Assembly (NCBI GenBank): GCA_004431415.1
Contig: QPMI01000397.1
Location: 1-44,167 of the forward strand
Direction of reading: 5' to 3'
DNA: 44,167 bases
Origin: Cyanophora paradoxa CCMP329
Taxonomy: Eukaryota; Plantae; Glaucophyta
Shown here: piece by piece, positions 23,567-37,410 of the stretch
Numbering within the stretch: position 1 is the first letter of the stretch
How the letters are laid out: the number at the start of each line of letters is the position of its first letter
The notes under the pieces: generated by a model
The model's input: only the letters and a program-made list of their open reading frames with translations
Databases searched by the model: none
What the model was told of the DNA's origin: nothing
Translations under genes and position numbers: made by a program

Positions 23567-25050
23567 ATGTCCTCGGGGACCGGAGCCTCCGCGGAGTTCG
23601 TCGTCCGGGCCGCGCACGCGCGTGGCGCCGCCGACATGGACTCTATGAGCGGATCAAATGTTTTGCAATGGATCCAGAGCCTGCCGAAGCTGCCGCCGGG
23701 CAGCGATCAGCGCACGGTTCAGGACCACCTCCGCCAGTTCGAGAGCTGCGCGAGCATGAGCAAGGACTTGCTCAGTGTCTCGCCGACTGCACACATTGAA
23801 GTGCAGAAGCGAACTGGGTGGGCTCTTCTCGGCACGCTAGATCACGGGCACCCCGTGCGCCAGAACATCTCGCTGTTCCAGAGCGCCGAGCAGATCGACA
23901 CTCGCGAGCTCGAGAAGCTGAAGGCGTACCGGGCCGAGCGTGCGCGCACGAGCACGGCGGACCCGCGAGACGTCGCGATCCTCGAGACGCTCGACGAGAA
24001 GATCGCGCAAGCCGAGGAGGGCTTGCAGCGGACCGCCCTCACGGTCACGTACACCGCGATCAGGCGCCGTCTCGAAGATGACGCCGAGATGCGGAACCCT
24101 GACCGGTACAAGGCGCTCCTCGACCTGCCGCACGTGGGCGAGGCGCCGGAGGCGTTCTATCGCCGCGTCCTCGACTTGAGCATCATCCCGGAGTGCCGCG
24201 AGGCGCACGAGACACCGCTTATGGCACTCATGCGCCACGCGGGCCAGATGCTCAAGCGCCGCACTCGCAATCAGTGCCGCGACTTCGAAGACTCCGAGAT
24301 TTCGGACACCGATCGCCGGCACATGATGACGAACTTCTCCACGGCTCGGAAGATCTATGACGAGCTGTCGCAGAAGATCGCGGACCGCGAGATCACGGGA
24401 CCCTCTGCGGTCATCGACCTGGTAACCAAGCGCACCAATGAACTGGGCGCCTGGGACGTCGATATCTCCAAAGTCCCCGGCTCGGCCCTAGTGCTGGGCT
24501 CGCGCGGGACGCCGCTGCAGGCGCCCACGCTCTCGCCGAGGGACCCGCCAGCGCCGGCGCGGGCACGCGCATCATGCTCGCGACGACGGTGTCGGAAGCC
24601 GAGATCGCAGAGCTTGAGGCAAACGCGTACGGGTGGGACGCGGACGACGCCGAGGATCAGAACGCCGAGGTCATCTCGTTCCTGCAGCTCATTGCTCGGG
24701 ACGAGCCCCTCGTCGTAGTCCGCGCGCTCTACCCGTCGGCGTCCGCACCGCCGCCCCGCCTTGACGACCCGGTCTATCAGCAGAAGATCAAAGACTTCCT
24801 GAAGGCCCGGGGTCTCCCCGAGAAGCCCCGGCGGCCGTGCCACTGCGGCGAGTCGCACTACTCGTTTGAGTGCCGGACCAACCCGCGGCCTCTGCCCGAG
24901 TGGTCGGCAATCAACCCGGCCAAGCGCCGCGGGCCAACGGGCGCAGGCACCGGTGACCCGAAGCGCCGGTTCTACCCCGCGCCGCAGGGTGGGAACGGCC
25001 GCTCGAGCCCCCGCCCCAGCAAGCTGCAGGGCCCCGGGCGTGCTACAACT
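23567..25050 (+). CDS. gag: Gag-like protein with variant zinc knuckle (frameshifted near 24570)
   Basis: First long ORF after the 5' LTR, helical capsid-like composition (...PEAFYRRVLDL...). CHCGESHYSFEC (Cx1Cx3Hx4C) at 24838-24873 is followed by a basic Gly/Pro/Arg stretch. Confidence 0.65.
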
Positions 25051-28000
25051 GCGGCAAAACCGGCCACCTGGCCGCGTCCTGCCCGGCCCAGGCGCAGACG
25101 CTCGAGGCCGCGGTCCGCCGCGCGCTTGCAGAACACGCCGCCGCCGCTGCAGCCCCGCCCGTGCCGCCCGCGACGCCGGCGCCCTGGGCTGACCCCAACG
25201 CCTTCACGATCGCGCGCGCCATGCTCGAGCAGGCTGCCCGAAGCGGCGCCGCCGGCCCGTCCGCGACTGCACTGCTTCCCGCGCCGACCGGCGGCCACGG
25301 GTCGGGGCCCACGGCGGCCCCGGCGCCCGCCGAGCTTGGCAAGGAAAAGCACGTGTACCGTGTGCGCATCGTGCGCAGCGACGAGGCGTTGGTCGACGAT
25401 ACCTTCCGAGCCTTCACCGCAGCGGCCGCGGCGCACGCCGCCGCGCTGCAGGACCCCCGGGACGGCCCCGCTCTCAACGCGGTCGCCGCAGCCGCCACCG
25501 CTTTCGCGATCGCAGTAGTGCAGCTGTCCGGGAAAGCCGCCAGACCTGTGCCCCACGGGAGCCGAGAGGCCGGCCCCTGCGAGGCGCAGGACCTGTTGCC
25601 GACCCGCCCGGAGTCGGGCCTGGACGAGGGGGAGAAGAAGGTCGCGTTCGACGCAGTGGACGCCGCCCTCGAGGAAATCGCACTCCTCTTGGCGGCCGCC
25701 CGGACCCAACGGAGGTCGAGGGCGCTGACGCAGCAGCGAAGGGTCCCGCGCCGACGCCCGTGCCGACTTCTTTCCCCGCCGAGCTCGCCGCCGGCATCGT
25801 GGACGCCGCCCTTGAGGAGGTCGCACTCCTCTTGGCGGCCGCCCCGGACCCAACGGAGGTCGAGGGCGCTGACGCAGAAGCGAAGGGTCCCGAGCCCGCG
25901 ACGGAGCTCGCTCCACCAAGTCGGTCCCGAGACCGCCGCCGCCGAGGCTCCGGCGGACCCCGCCGCCGGCGTGGGCTGCTGCTGGGGTACTCCTCGGGGC
26001 CGAGACGGTAGCGAGCCTCGAGGTGACCGACGACGGCGCCTCCCTCGCCGACGAGGACGCGACCGTAGCGTCTAAGGAGACCCTGCGCCTCAACCGCGCT
26101 CGCCTCCTCAGCGCTAGCCCCGGCCTAGACCTCACTCACTTCGGAGCCGTTGAGTTAGAGCCGGTGAAGGGCCGCGAGCACGAGCTGGGGCCCGTTCCTC
26201 TCTGGAACGTGGACGCGCACAAGCTGAAGGGCGCCGCGTCGGTCCCGCTCGACCGCGCGGCGTTCCTGTACCCAGCGCCGTGCGAGACTCACTGCGGCTG
26301 CACTGTGAGCGAGGGGCTGATCGAGGTCCGGGACGAGCAGTGGTATGCCACTGCGTTCCGCTGCCCGGCCCGCACCCGCCAGACGCTCTCCTTCTTGCTT
26401 GCGGCGTTCTCTCAGCCGCTCGCCACCGAGAGCACGTACCTCGGCTCGCGGACCCTCCCACTGCGTTCCTGCAGATGCTGGGCATGACCCGCTGTCCAGG
26501 ACACGCTGGCTCACGCCTGGCCGACGCACTATTATGAAATCATGAGCCTCACGCACCAGGCCTCTCGCGTCGCCGCGAAGTGGGCCGGGGCCACGCGTGG
26601 CCGCACGCCGAGGGCCTCACGCCCGAGGGTCGCCCCGCAGTCGAGCCCGACGCCCACAAGCTTACGAAGCTTGGGGACGAGTGCGTCGCTACCGCCGGCT
26701 GGCTGGAGCCATACCGCCGCCACTGGAGCATTGGCCAGCACTCGCCCGTGGCGGCCTCTCTCGAGCCGCACGAGATGACAGTGTCGGGCCGCCGCCAGCT
26801 AATCGAGCTGAGCGAGCTGTTGCCGGCACAGGACCGCCTCCGCCTTGCGTGCGCCTCGACTGTTGCGGGCTATTTCCTGCACCGCGTCGACTACGGTGCC
26901 CCGGGCACCGCCGGCGCCGTCGAGAAGATCCTCGGCCGCTTCTTTAAGTTCGCCGAGCCGCTCATGGTGGACGCGCGGGTCGACGCCTATGGCTTCGCCC
27001 TGCTGGCCCTCGAGCACGCGATCCAGTGGAAGACCGTGGCTTGCATCGGCGGCCGCGCCGGTCCCCACGACGCCCACAAGAGCGCCGTTGCCCTGGCCGA
27101 CGGGAACCCTCTTGTCCCTCGGACTCGGAGTTCACGGAAGCCGTTCACTCGCTTGCCGTCCTGGCTGCCTCCGTTGAGGTTCCGATCCCGGGCGGGCACG
27201 TCTCCGCTCGGATCGGGACGCCGAGGGATGGCTGCGGGCAGCGCTCGCGGAGCGTCTGACTGCGTACCGCGACGGCCGTGCCCCCGCCTTCCCGGTCGTG
27301 AGCGAGGGCGAGTCCCGCACGGTTGAACGCGTTCCGGTGGAGCCCCGCGTCGCCGCCGCCCGCGTTCTGCACCTCCGGGACCTGCACTTGTGCGACACCT
27401 GGCTGCACTGGCCGCGCCTGCACGGGGCAGAGCCTGGCACGTGGAGGGTCGGCCGCGTGCGCCCGATCACGCGCACCACGCAGTTGCCCCTGCACGGCAC
27501 GACGCGAGGCGGGCAGCTGCCCACGATCGTGCCTGAGGAGCTCTACGTGCTGAGCCAGCTCGGCCCGCGCCCGCCGCTCACGCCCTGTGCGATGCAGCCT
27601 GGGCCCGCACGGTTCCCGGATCCGCCGGGCCGCGGAGCTGCTCCGGTACATCGAGGGGCCAAGGCGGGCGACCGGGCCACCTCGTCATTCTATTCCGTAG
27701 GCTGCTGAAGAAGCGGGCCGGTTTCAATGACGAGGCTGTCAAGGACATGATCGCGCTCGTGGAGAAGTGGCGCACGGATGCGGGCAGCCGCACCCCACTC
27801 CTCTCCACGACCTGCCCACCACGCCGAAGCCGGCGTCGGACACGACGGGCGCCTACACGGCGAAGGCCGTCAGCGCGACGATCAAGGAGGCTAAGGCCTG
27901 CCTGCCGCCGCGCCCGCCTGTGAAGGCGCTCTCGCCGAGGGACCCGCCAGCGCCGGCGCGGCCGGCGCCCGTTCCTGTCCCGCCGCCTGCACCGACGGCG

Positions 28001-31000
28001 AAGCTCGTGACCTTGCACGCCGCGGCAACATGGCCGCCGCTTGCGAGCCCGATGGCGCCGCGGCCCACCGCCGCTCCGACGCCGCCCGCCACTGAGCCCG
28101 CGCCTGTCGAGCCTCGCCTGAGCGAGCCGCTACTCGACGTCGCGCGCGCGACCGCGCCGGCTCCCCGGCAGGCCGCCCGTCGCGGCGAGCGTGGCCGCGG
28201 GGACGGGGTCGTGCGCGTCAGCACCCGTGGGCGCGGCTCGCAGGGCCACGAACCCGCAGCGCCCGCCGTGGGCAGGCTGAGGGGAAGACGCCGAGATGGC
28301 GAGCGGGGCGACGGCGATGAGGCGCCCGAGGAAGCGCCGCCGCCGCCGCCGCCGTCGGCTATCGATGAGAACCTGAGCCAGCGGGCCCTGTACGAGGCTA
28401 TGGGCGTGATGAGCGGCGTCCTCGCAGTGCCGGGGTGCCCGCCTCGGCTCTGTGAGGGGAAACAGATCACCGAGTGGCCCATGACGGCCCGGTCTGATCT
28501 CGCCCACCGCTGGAGCATCCCCTTCGACGCACTGAAGGGCACGTTCGGGACCTGCGGGTCCCGCACCTCAAGGCGTTTCTCGCCAGCGAGAGGAGCACGC
28601 CAATCCAGAACCGCCTGGATGGGCCGCCCGTGCCGCACGAGGAGCCGCCGGAGGGCCGCGTCGCGCTCAGAGCCGATCGCACCGTTCGCCTCGCGCGGCT
28701 CAACGCGGCCGCGTTCGAGCTCTTCATGATCGCGCTGGGGCTCCGTGGCCCCGTCACGCCCCACTCCCACGATCTCCCGTTCCACCTGCATGAGTGGACG
28801 GAGCAGCAGTTGGAGCACTTCCTGACTCTGCGTTGGACGATCCCTGCCACGCGCCTGCCGCGGTGGACGCACGGGGGCCGCTTCAACCCGAGCGCGGCCG
28901 TCATCCCGCCGCAGTGGGCCCAGTACCTCTTGCGTGCTCACACCATGTTCCGCGCCGAGGCGGTTGGGACCACCGTTCCCTCCGCGGAACGCGCCGGCCT
29001 GGAGTTCCCGTACGGGGTTCGCTGGCTGCGCCGCCACCTGCAGCTAGGGACGCGCGCGCAGGAGGAAGCCGCCGAGAGCGACCCGCACAGGGGCTTGGCC
29101 CTGACCGCCCAGCGCGCGGCCTTCCAGGAGAAGGTCTTGCATGCCCTCGAGCGTCACGCTGCACGGCAGTCGTTCACGTTCGACGATGCGCTTGTGGGCA
29201 CCTACATCGCCGATGAGCCTGAGCCCCGCCTCGAGCCGCTCGACATTGACCATGTCGAGAGCGAAGAGGAAGAGGCGAGAAGGAAGAGGCGCCGGCTGCC
29301 ATCCCTGCGGCGGCGCACAGGCCGTTCGAGCCGCACAAGGACTGGCAGCCGCGGCCGCTGTTCTCGTTGGCGGACCCGACGTACGCCAACGATCACAAGC
29401 TCTTGCGCGAGTACATGGACCGGAAACACGCGTTTTTCCGGCCCCTGGAATGCTATGAGCCAGGGTTCACTGAATGGGCAACGCTGCCCGCGATCAGCTA
29501 CCCCTTGCGCTGGCAGCACGCCGGCGACGTTGACGAGTACAACGTCGACGTGCTCACGCTGCAGGACCAGCACATGGGCGAGCTGTGCTCAACTATGCTC
29601 AAGCGCGTCGGCCCCGCCGCGCGCGGCATAGTGAACTGGTTCTCGCTCGTAGGCCCGCCTCAGCGGCCGTTCGACGAGGATCCGGAGCTCTTCGACCTGC
29701 AGGGGCTTGCATTCCCGCACGCCGCCTGCGGCGTCAGCTTGGATATCGTGCAGTACCTCGCGGTCGGGACCCGTACCGCACAGTCTGCCGTCCCGACGTA
29801 CACGGGCGCCTGGGATCTCACGCACGAGGGCACAGCCCACGCACCCGTGTGTTCGACCCTGGGCCAGGTCTCGCGGGTGCTGTATACCGCCTTCTTCCAC
29901 GAAGGCGGCGGCGCGCGGAACGCCCCGCCGCCGTACATGCCGCACCCGAGCGCCCCACCCTGCACACCTCAGTCTTGGGCGGTAACATCGCCGACCCGAA
30001 CGAGGAGGACGCCAGGACGCCGTTCGCGACCCGCTTCGCGCGCGACGTCGCCGTGCTGGCCCTGCTGCGCCCGCTCGCCGACAAGCGCGTCGAGAACGTT
30101 GAGGGTCGCCTGCAGACGCGGCGCATCTACGCGCCCCGCCTCGTGGCAGGCACGGCCACGCCCGCGCCGAACGCTGCCTGCGACAAGGACGTCGCAGGGG
30201 GCGCGCCGCACCAGCGCGAGAACAAGAAGCTGTGGCTCGCAGTGACGGTCGCCAGCTTGCGAGCCAGCCCAAGAAGAGCCACGCGAACCCGCGGCTCGTC
30301 ACCGCGTTCGGTTACGAGCTGCCGCCTTTCCCGAACTCACCTCCGGGGACGTGCCCTTGGGCGCCGATCCCGGCGGAAGAGGAAATCCTCGCGACGGCCA
30401 TCGGTTTTACGCTGGCCTGGCACGCGCGCTTCTTCCAGCGTCACGCGCCGGGCAAGCACCTCCGCAGCCAGCACTGGGCTGATGACTTTCTGTCGGCTGC
30501 GGCCATGGACGTCGAGTCGGAACGCCCGGCTGACTACGTCCCCGAGATCGCTCGGGCGGTCGCCGATCACATGGATGACTTCAACAAGGTGTTGAACTCG
30601 TTCCGCTGCGTGGTGCCGGACGGTCTGATGGTGTTCATTCACGAGGCCTTCCTGACTAAGCCGACGGCCAAGCCGGACCGCGGGTCCGACGTCTTGCCTC
30701 AGGGCAAGAAGGTCTTCGACGCGGACGCGAGGCCGACGTACCGGACGGTCATCCCACGCTTGCGTGGAAGTTTGGCCCGAACAATGCGGTCGTGCCGGAC
30801 CACGAGGGTCGTGCGGCGATCTGTGGGCGGATCCTGCTCGCGATGCTGCAGGGCTTCCAGTATCCCCGCATCCCGCTGCTCGCGCAGCGGGTGGACAACT
30901 GTGCGCCCTGAACGCCGCCATGCCCCAGAACGTGGCCGAGGTCTTCAGGGCCCTCTTGCGCACTATGACGAGGGATGAGTGCGCCGACTCGGATGCCCGC

Positions 31001-34000
31001 GCGCTGGCGGACGGCATCCGCGCGTACCTCACAAACATGCCGCACGGTCTCGGGTACCAGCGTCTTGAGCTCGGCTCGCCCCGATGGCCGGCGCCGAGGA
31101 CGCGTGGCCCGCCGGCGATGACCTTGGCGCCGGGGCAAGAGTGGGATACAGCGCCACCTTGAGGCCGCCCGCGCCGCCGAGGAGCTGGAGAACTGTCCGG
31201 GAACTTCCCGCTGGGGCTCATCTTTACCGATGAGGCTATACCCCTGCGGCCTCAGTTCGAGACGATGCTCCGTTCGCTCTACGCCGATCTGAATGTCGCG
31301 ATCCGCCTCGCGCGCCCGATCGACTGGGAGACGGACGACCCCGTGCTCCCGACTGGGACGTTGAGGCTCTGCGCCCGGCGCTGATGTGGACGCGGTCCAG
31401 AACAAGGGCGCCGCGCCCTCGGCCCGGCGCAGCCTGACTGCGACGGCGGCTGTCGATAAGGAGGCCGAAAGCCTTCTGGTTCGCACGCCGTACCAGCCGA
31501 TCTACGAAGGAGCGGTCCGCGCGACGTGGGCGGGCGTGCGGTTCCAGCCGCCTCAACCATCGTCGGCGGCTCGCGGACGACCCCGCCGAGGCGGCGCCAT
31601 CCGCCACCCCGTCGGCGCCCGCGCCGGCGCAGGCCGCTGCGCAGACCGCCGCGCCGCCGACGGCGCCGCAGCAGGCGCGGCCCCGGCGCAACGCGGCCAG
31701 GCCGTTGGCCGAGGCGGCCGCGGGCAGGGTCACCAGCGGGGCGGCCGCACCGCGGTCGCGACGGCCGAGGCCACCGTGACCGTGGCGGCGACCGCGGCGG
31801 TGGCCAGGCGCAACCCGCACAACCCGCTGTCGACCCGAACGACCCGTTCGGGCTGGATGCGTTCCTCGCGCGGCAGCAGGGGTATGACCCAAGACCATGC
31901 GCGTAACCGTCTCGGACGGGAAGGTGAAGGTCGAGCGGATCGCCGAGAGCGCTCCGCCAGACCAAGCCCCGCCGGCTGAGACTCCCTCCCGGACCTTGAT
32001 GCCGCCGCCCAGCTCGAGCCGCCAGGCGAGGCAAGCTCGAGCCGCAGGGACGACACGGCCAGTCGCGCGTCGCAGGCCCGCCGGACCCCTGAGCGGGCCT
32101 CGTCTCAGCGCCGCTCGCGCACACCCGAGCCGCGCCGAGCCCCGTCCAGTCGCCGCTCTCGCACCCAGACAGGCGCGAGACGCGGGGCCCCTCCACGCGC
32201 CGCGAGCGCTCCCCGGAGCCCCACCGGCAATCCCGGGCGCCGCCGCCGTCCCGCCGTTCGTTGGAACGCCGCGATCGCGAGGGCTCCCGACGCCCTTCGC
32301 CGGACCGCCGGGACCGCGAGGCCTCCCGCCGCCGCTCCCCGGACCGCCGTGATCGCTCGCCGCCGCGCCGCGACCGCAGCCCGCCGAGCCGACGGTCCAC
32401 GGCTCGCGACACTCGCGACAGGCGGAGCCCTCGCCGAGGCTCGCGGGAACGCCGCCGGAGCCGAACACCGTCCCGCTCTAGCTCCCGCTCGCGCTCGCGC
32501 GATCGGAGCCCGAGCCGGAGCCCCCGCCATGACGATAAGCGGCGCAAAAGCTCGAAGAAGGGCTCGCGCGACCGCGCCTCGCCGCGAGACCGCCGCAGCC
32601 CTCGCAGCAGCCAGTCCTCTCGCCGCCCGCCGGACCCGCCGCGCGGCGCCGTAGACGCTGCGTACAAGCGGCACGAGAACGACGCCGCCTGCGAGGCTGC
32701 CCGCCCACATTGCGCGAGCTCTTCGACATGGTCTGGAAGGCGCAGTACGCTGAGATGCCAGACTCGCTCTCGGCGTCCGCGCGAGCTGAGCAGGCCACCG
32801 CGCTGGTCCTGATCAAGCTCCAGAACCAGATGGACGCTCAGTCCGCGTCGTCCTCGGCCCGCGCCGCCGCGCCACCATCGGGTGGGCAGCCGCCGACGGG
32901 CGGACGCAACGAGCGCCAGCAGCCCTTTCTAGAGGGCCTGAGGGGCAGAGCGAGGCCGGTCCGCAGTCGGCGGCGCCGTCCAAGCCTGCGGAGGGTCGCG
33001 CCTCCATCTCTCAGGCCCAGGAGCGGTCATCGCGTGCGAGCCAGGCCGAGCCGCCGCGCGCAGACCAGTCGACGCCGGAGCAGCCGCGCGCCTCAGTGGC
33101 CGCGCCGCGCGCCTCCGCCGCCACGACTTTCAACCCCCAGGCTGACGTCCCAGCAGGGGCCTCCTGCAGTTTGTGCGCGAGTGCTCGAGCTGCCGCGACG
33201 TGAAGATCCGGGGCCAAGGGTCACGGAATTGGGGCTTTGGCTTCAAACAGTCGAGCGCCAGATCCGCACCGCCGCTAGCCACGCCGAGACGCGCGCCAAG
33301 CCCGGCGGCGCTCAGAAGGTCTCAGACGAAGCCTTCGCCCAGGCAAAGCAGGCCGCTCGGCGGGCCTGGAAGACGTCTGCCGCGCCCTCCGGGCCGGCAT
33401 CGATATGCAGATCAGCCTCTCCGCTGGGGAGACGGGCATGATGATCTCGCTCCTCCCAGACGGGCCCCGTGCCGATCTCGAGGCTCTGCGGGCCACGCTC
33501 GATCGCACCAAAGACTGGCGAGCCTTGCTTGAGCGCGAGCGCCAGCACGAGGCTCGCGTGGCAATGCAGGCCGCGGCAAAAGCCAACCCAAAGCCCTTCT
33601 TCGCGGTATACACCGTCGCAGAAGCGTCGTCACCCCGCGGGCACGAGGCCGCGCGCCTGTGACCTTCCCGCCCACTTGCATACGCCGGCGTCGGTCCGGG
33701 CCGCTGTGCCGGTGCCGGCGGACGAGAAGTACATCTCGATCCGCCGCGTCCAGACGGTCGTCCACGAGCCGCCCGCTCAAACAGTCGCGCCGCCGGCGCC
33801 AGCCGCGCCGCCCGCCCCGGCCCCACCAAAGAGCCGCGAGCCTGCGCCGGCCTGGGCCCGCCGCCTGCTGCACAAGCTCGGGCCGCGCTCGACCGTGCTG
33901 GTCTTCAACTGGCTGTCGAACCCCGCGCAAATGCTGCAGGTCGATCCAAAGACCCTGGAGCCCGCCTTACGCGCGGTGCATCAGGCGATCATGGACCGCT

Positions 34001-34500
34001 ACGGCATCTCGATGCGCAAAACGGGCTACAAGGCCCGCCACGGCCGACTCGCGCGTGGTTCTCGGGTTCAGCGCCGACAGCGGCGTTCGCCCCGCAGAAC
34101 GCGCTCGAGGCCGCCGCGATCATTTACCCGAGGGCCTGACCTCCGACGAGGAAGCTCTCATGCCCGCGGGCCACGCCCTGGGCTCCAAAAACCGCCCGTC
34201 CCTCGCCGTGCCCCGCCGGCAGAGGAGACGCCGCTGGGAACGCGCGCCGGCTATGACCCGCCCAGCGACGAGTTGCTCTACGCCAACCGCCACGGCCCGG
34301 CCCGCGCAAGCGGACCAAGCCCTCGCCGTTGGCCGACCAGGCAGAGCAGCGCCGAGTCGCCGAGCGAGCCGCGGCTCGCCAGTCCCGGCCCCATCCCCAA
34401 CCGCAAGCGCAACGGACCTGTCGGGTCCACCCGCGCCGCCGGAACCAGAATTCCACGTCCGCCGCGCCGACCTAGCTTCCCGCGCGACCGGGCCCTGGAA
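25050..34500 (+). CDS. ~9.5 kb of unassigned, apparently continuous coding sequence between Gag and protease (chain of frameshifted ORF segments)
   Basis: Consecutive + strand segments (25161, 26023, 26580, 27298, 27767, 28630, 29367, 30232, 30764, 31386, 32261, 32710, 33405, 33469) have globular-protein-like composition and hand off from one frame to the next. No recognisable domain. Confidence 0.65.
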
Positions 34501-34509
34501 TTCTTCCGG

Positions 34510-34930
34510 CCAAAGACACTGCACATTCACGGCAGCATTGCTATGCGCCTGCCGAACGGCCGCTCCGGCGCTGAACGGCCCGCTCGCATTGTTGTCGACA
34601 CGGGCGCCCAGGGAACTGTAGTTCCCCAGGAAGTCCTCGACCGCCTGCCGCCCGACGAAGTCAATTACGTCGAGGGCCACACGATAGTCCGCGGTTTCAT
34701 GGACCGGGACAAAATTCGTTGTCGCCGCGCCGACGTAGTCTTCGTTCTGGGCTCGCTCCGCTTCTGCCGCCGCGTCTTCGTCGTCCCGCGCGGCGCCATG
34801 GGCGTTGAGCCGGACATTCTGCTCGGCCTGGACGCGATCCAGGCCGTCCACGGCCAGATCGACACGACGCTGTCCGGGTGGTGCCTCCGGGCCCGTGACC
34901 ACCTGCACCGCGAAGTCGTCGTCCCTTTTC
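34510..34930 (+). CDS. pol: Retroviral-type aspartic protease domain
   Basis: IVVDTGAQGTVV (D at 34597) and DILLGLDAI. Confidence 0.92.
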
Positions 34931-35959
34931 GGCTCCGGACCAGCTTGGGATCCTGGTCCGAGTCCTGGACCAGTAAAGCTCCCCGTCGGAGAGGCCCTCG
35001 TCCCATGCACGCTCAATGGGCAGGGCCCGGCAACGCGTGAGTTGCCGCACCTCTACGTCGAGCCGTCGCCGGAGTCCCCGCAAGCCTTGGGCGTACTCTG
35101 CCCTTACCAGCTGCATAATCACCCGGGAGACAAAATGTTTCACGTGCGGTTGTGCAATCCTGGCCGGCAGCCGGTAACCCTGCCGCTAGGATCGGTAGTA
35201 GCGGTCGCTTCGGCGGTCGCCCTACCGCCTGGTGATTTTGAGTACGAACCTGAGCAAATGCCTTGTAGTGCGAGTGCATTGACAGACCTCTTGATTCGCC
35301 GGCTGCGAATCGTGCCTGCCAAACGCCGCACTGGACTCCGCCACTTTAATAGAAAAGCACGCATGCTTGGCGCGGCATATGAGCCCGCCAAAGACGTTGA
35401 GAAAATAATCTCCACCCTACGTTCTGTCGTAGATGAGGCGGAAAAGCAGCGCGCTCTGTCTAGCGCAGCGCCTGCTGAGCCCGCCGACCCACCCCGCGCA
35501 CCGCCCTACGACGTCGACGATATAGTCGTCACGTTTGGCGAGCTGCCCTTCGACACAGCCGACCGGCCGTTGCAGGACCTTGATGCTATGAGCATCATTA
35601 GCCTCGACGACGATGCTATGAGCACGTCGTCACGAAGCGCGTCCCCAACGCCGGCCCCGATCACAGGCCCCTCGGTCGACGAGTTCGTCGCCGCAGTCGA
35701 GGCAGTGTCCGTCCCAGAGACGCCACCCTGCGCTCGACCTTCCCCGGTCTCTCCGAAAAAGCGGAGCGCGACTTGCTCGATGCAGTCCGCGCCATGCGCG
35801 GCGACGTTACGGTCCGCAAGGCCGCACCGGTCGCCGACGCCGAGGCCCCACCCAGAGTGTGGTCACAGCCTCGCTTTCGGCCCGGCCCGATGCCCCACCC
35901 CTACGACTGCAGCACCCGACGCGAAGCCCGCTGAGGCACCGCGGCCGGTGCCTAATGCA

Positions 35960-37410
35960 GAGGAGGAGTGGCAAGAGCTGCTGAAGAAGATTCCTGAGCT
36001 CGGCTCTCACCCGTCAATCACGACGGCGCAGAAAGCCGAACTTCACGCGCTCCTGCGGCGCTACAAGGATGTCTTCGCAGACAAGGTCGAGGCCAAAGAG
36101 GGCACCAGCAACCTGCTCTATTACGAGCACGTGATCAAACTCACGACTCGCCTTCCGGTGTTCACGCCTCCGCGGCGTATGAACCCGCACGCCGAGGAAC
36201 ACGCCCGCAAGGAAATTCAGAAACTCCTTGAGCTTGGGCTGATCGAGCCCTCCAAGCGGCATATGGCTCGCCGGTAGTGCTGGCCCCAAAAAGGACGGCA
36301 CTTGGCGTTTCTGTGTCGACTATCGGAGGCTGAATCAGATCACCGAGCGGGACGTGTTTCCCCTACCCCGCATAGACGACCAGCTCGAGCGCCTCCGCGG
36401 CTCGATGGTCTTCTCGACTGCTGACGCGACTGCCGGCTTCTGGCAGCTGCCTCTGCACCCCGGCTCCCGAGCCTACACTGCATTTGTGGTCCCCTGGGGT
36501 CACTTTCAGTGGAAGGTTACGCCGTTTGGGGTCACGAACGGGCCCGCGGCATTCTCCCGCGCGATCACTGCGATCCTGGGCCCCTTGCTGACCACCTGCG
36601 TCGTCGCGTACATCGACGATATCACGGTCTTCTCACCGTCCATCGATCAGCACCTTCTAGACTTGAAGGCGCTCTTCGAGACGATCTCTAAGGCGAACCT
36701 GCGCCTGAAGCCGTCGAAGTGCCGCTTCTGCGTGCCTGAAATCGACCTTCTCGGCCACCGCATCTCCGCCGAAGGGATCCGCCAGGACCCTGCGAAGACC
36801 AAGGTGATCACGGACTGGCAGACGCCGAAGAACGCGGACGAGCTCCGCTCGTTCCTCGGCCTCGCCGGCTACTACCGCCGCTTTGTCGAGAACTTCTCCA
36901 AAGTGGTGCACGCCATGCAGCGCCTTCTATTGAAGGACGCCGTCTGGAGTTGGCCAGAGGACGGCCCGCCGACCGCGCCTTTAAGGAGCTGAAAGAACTC
37001 CTGGGCCGCGATATTATATTGCGGTTCCCGGACTTCTCGAAGCCCTTCATTCTCCAGACGGACGCCAGCACCTACGCTATCGGCGCAATTCTGAGCCAGG
37101 CCGACGACAAAGGCGTCGAGCGGCCGCTCGCGTTCATCAGCCGCACGCTGCTGCCGGCCGAGATGAACTACTCCGCTACGGAGCTGGAGTGCCTCGCAGT
37201 AGTCTGGGCCATTAAGTATTGGCGCCACTATCTGCTGGGCGGCCCCAGTTCCTGGTGCGGACCGACCACCACGCCCTCCAGTGGCTGAAGACGCTGGACC
37301 GACGACGGGCCGCCTCGGTCGCTGGTCCCTGCTCTTGCAGGCCTACGACTTTGAGATCGTCTACCGCCCTGGCAAGCAGAACGGGGGTCCCGACGCGTGC
37401 TCGCGTCTCC
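35960..37410 (+). CDS. pol: Reverse transcriptase plus RNase H (gypsy type), split by 1-nt indels
   Basis: [42 protein letters not shown] (36609), [12 protein letters not shown]. RNase H motifs [16 protein letters not shown] and [14 protein letters not shown], plus the TDHHAL...RW-like segment. Confidence 0.97.

Noticed and set aside
35040-35220. dUTPase after the protease
   Set aside because: Only the degenerate VRLCNPGRQPVTLPLGSVVA pattern common in gypsy PR-RT linkers is present; the catalytic dUTPase motifs are absent.
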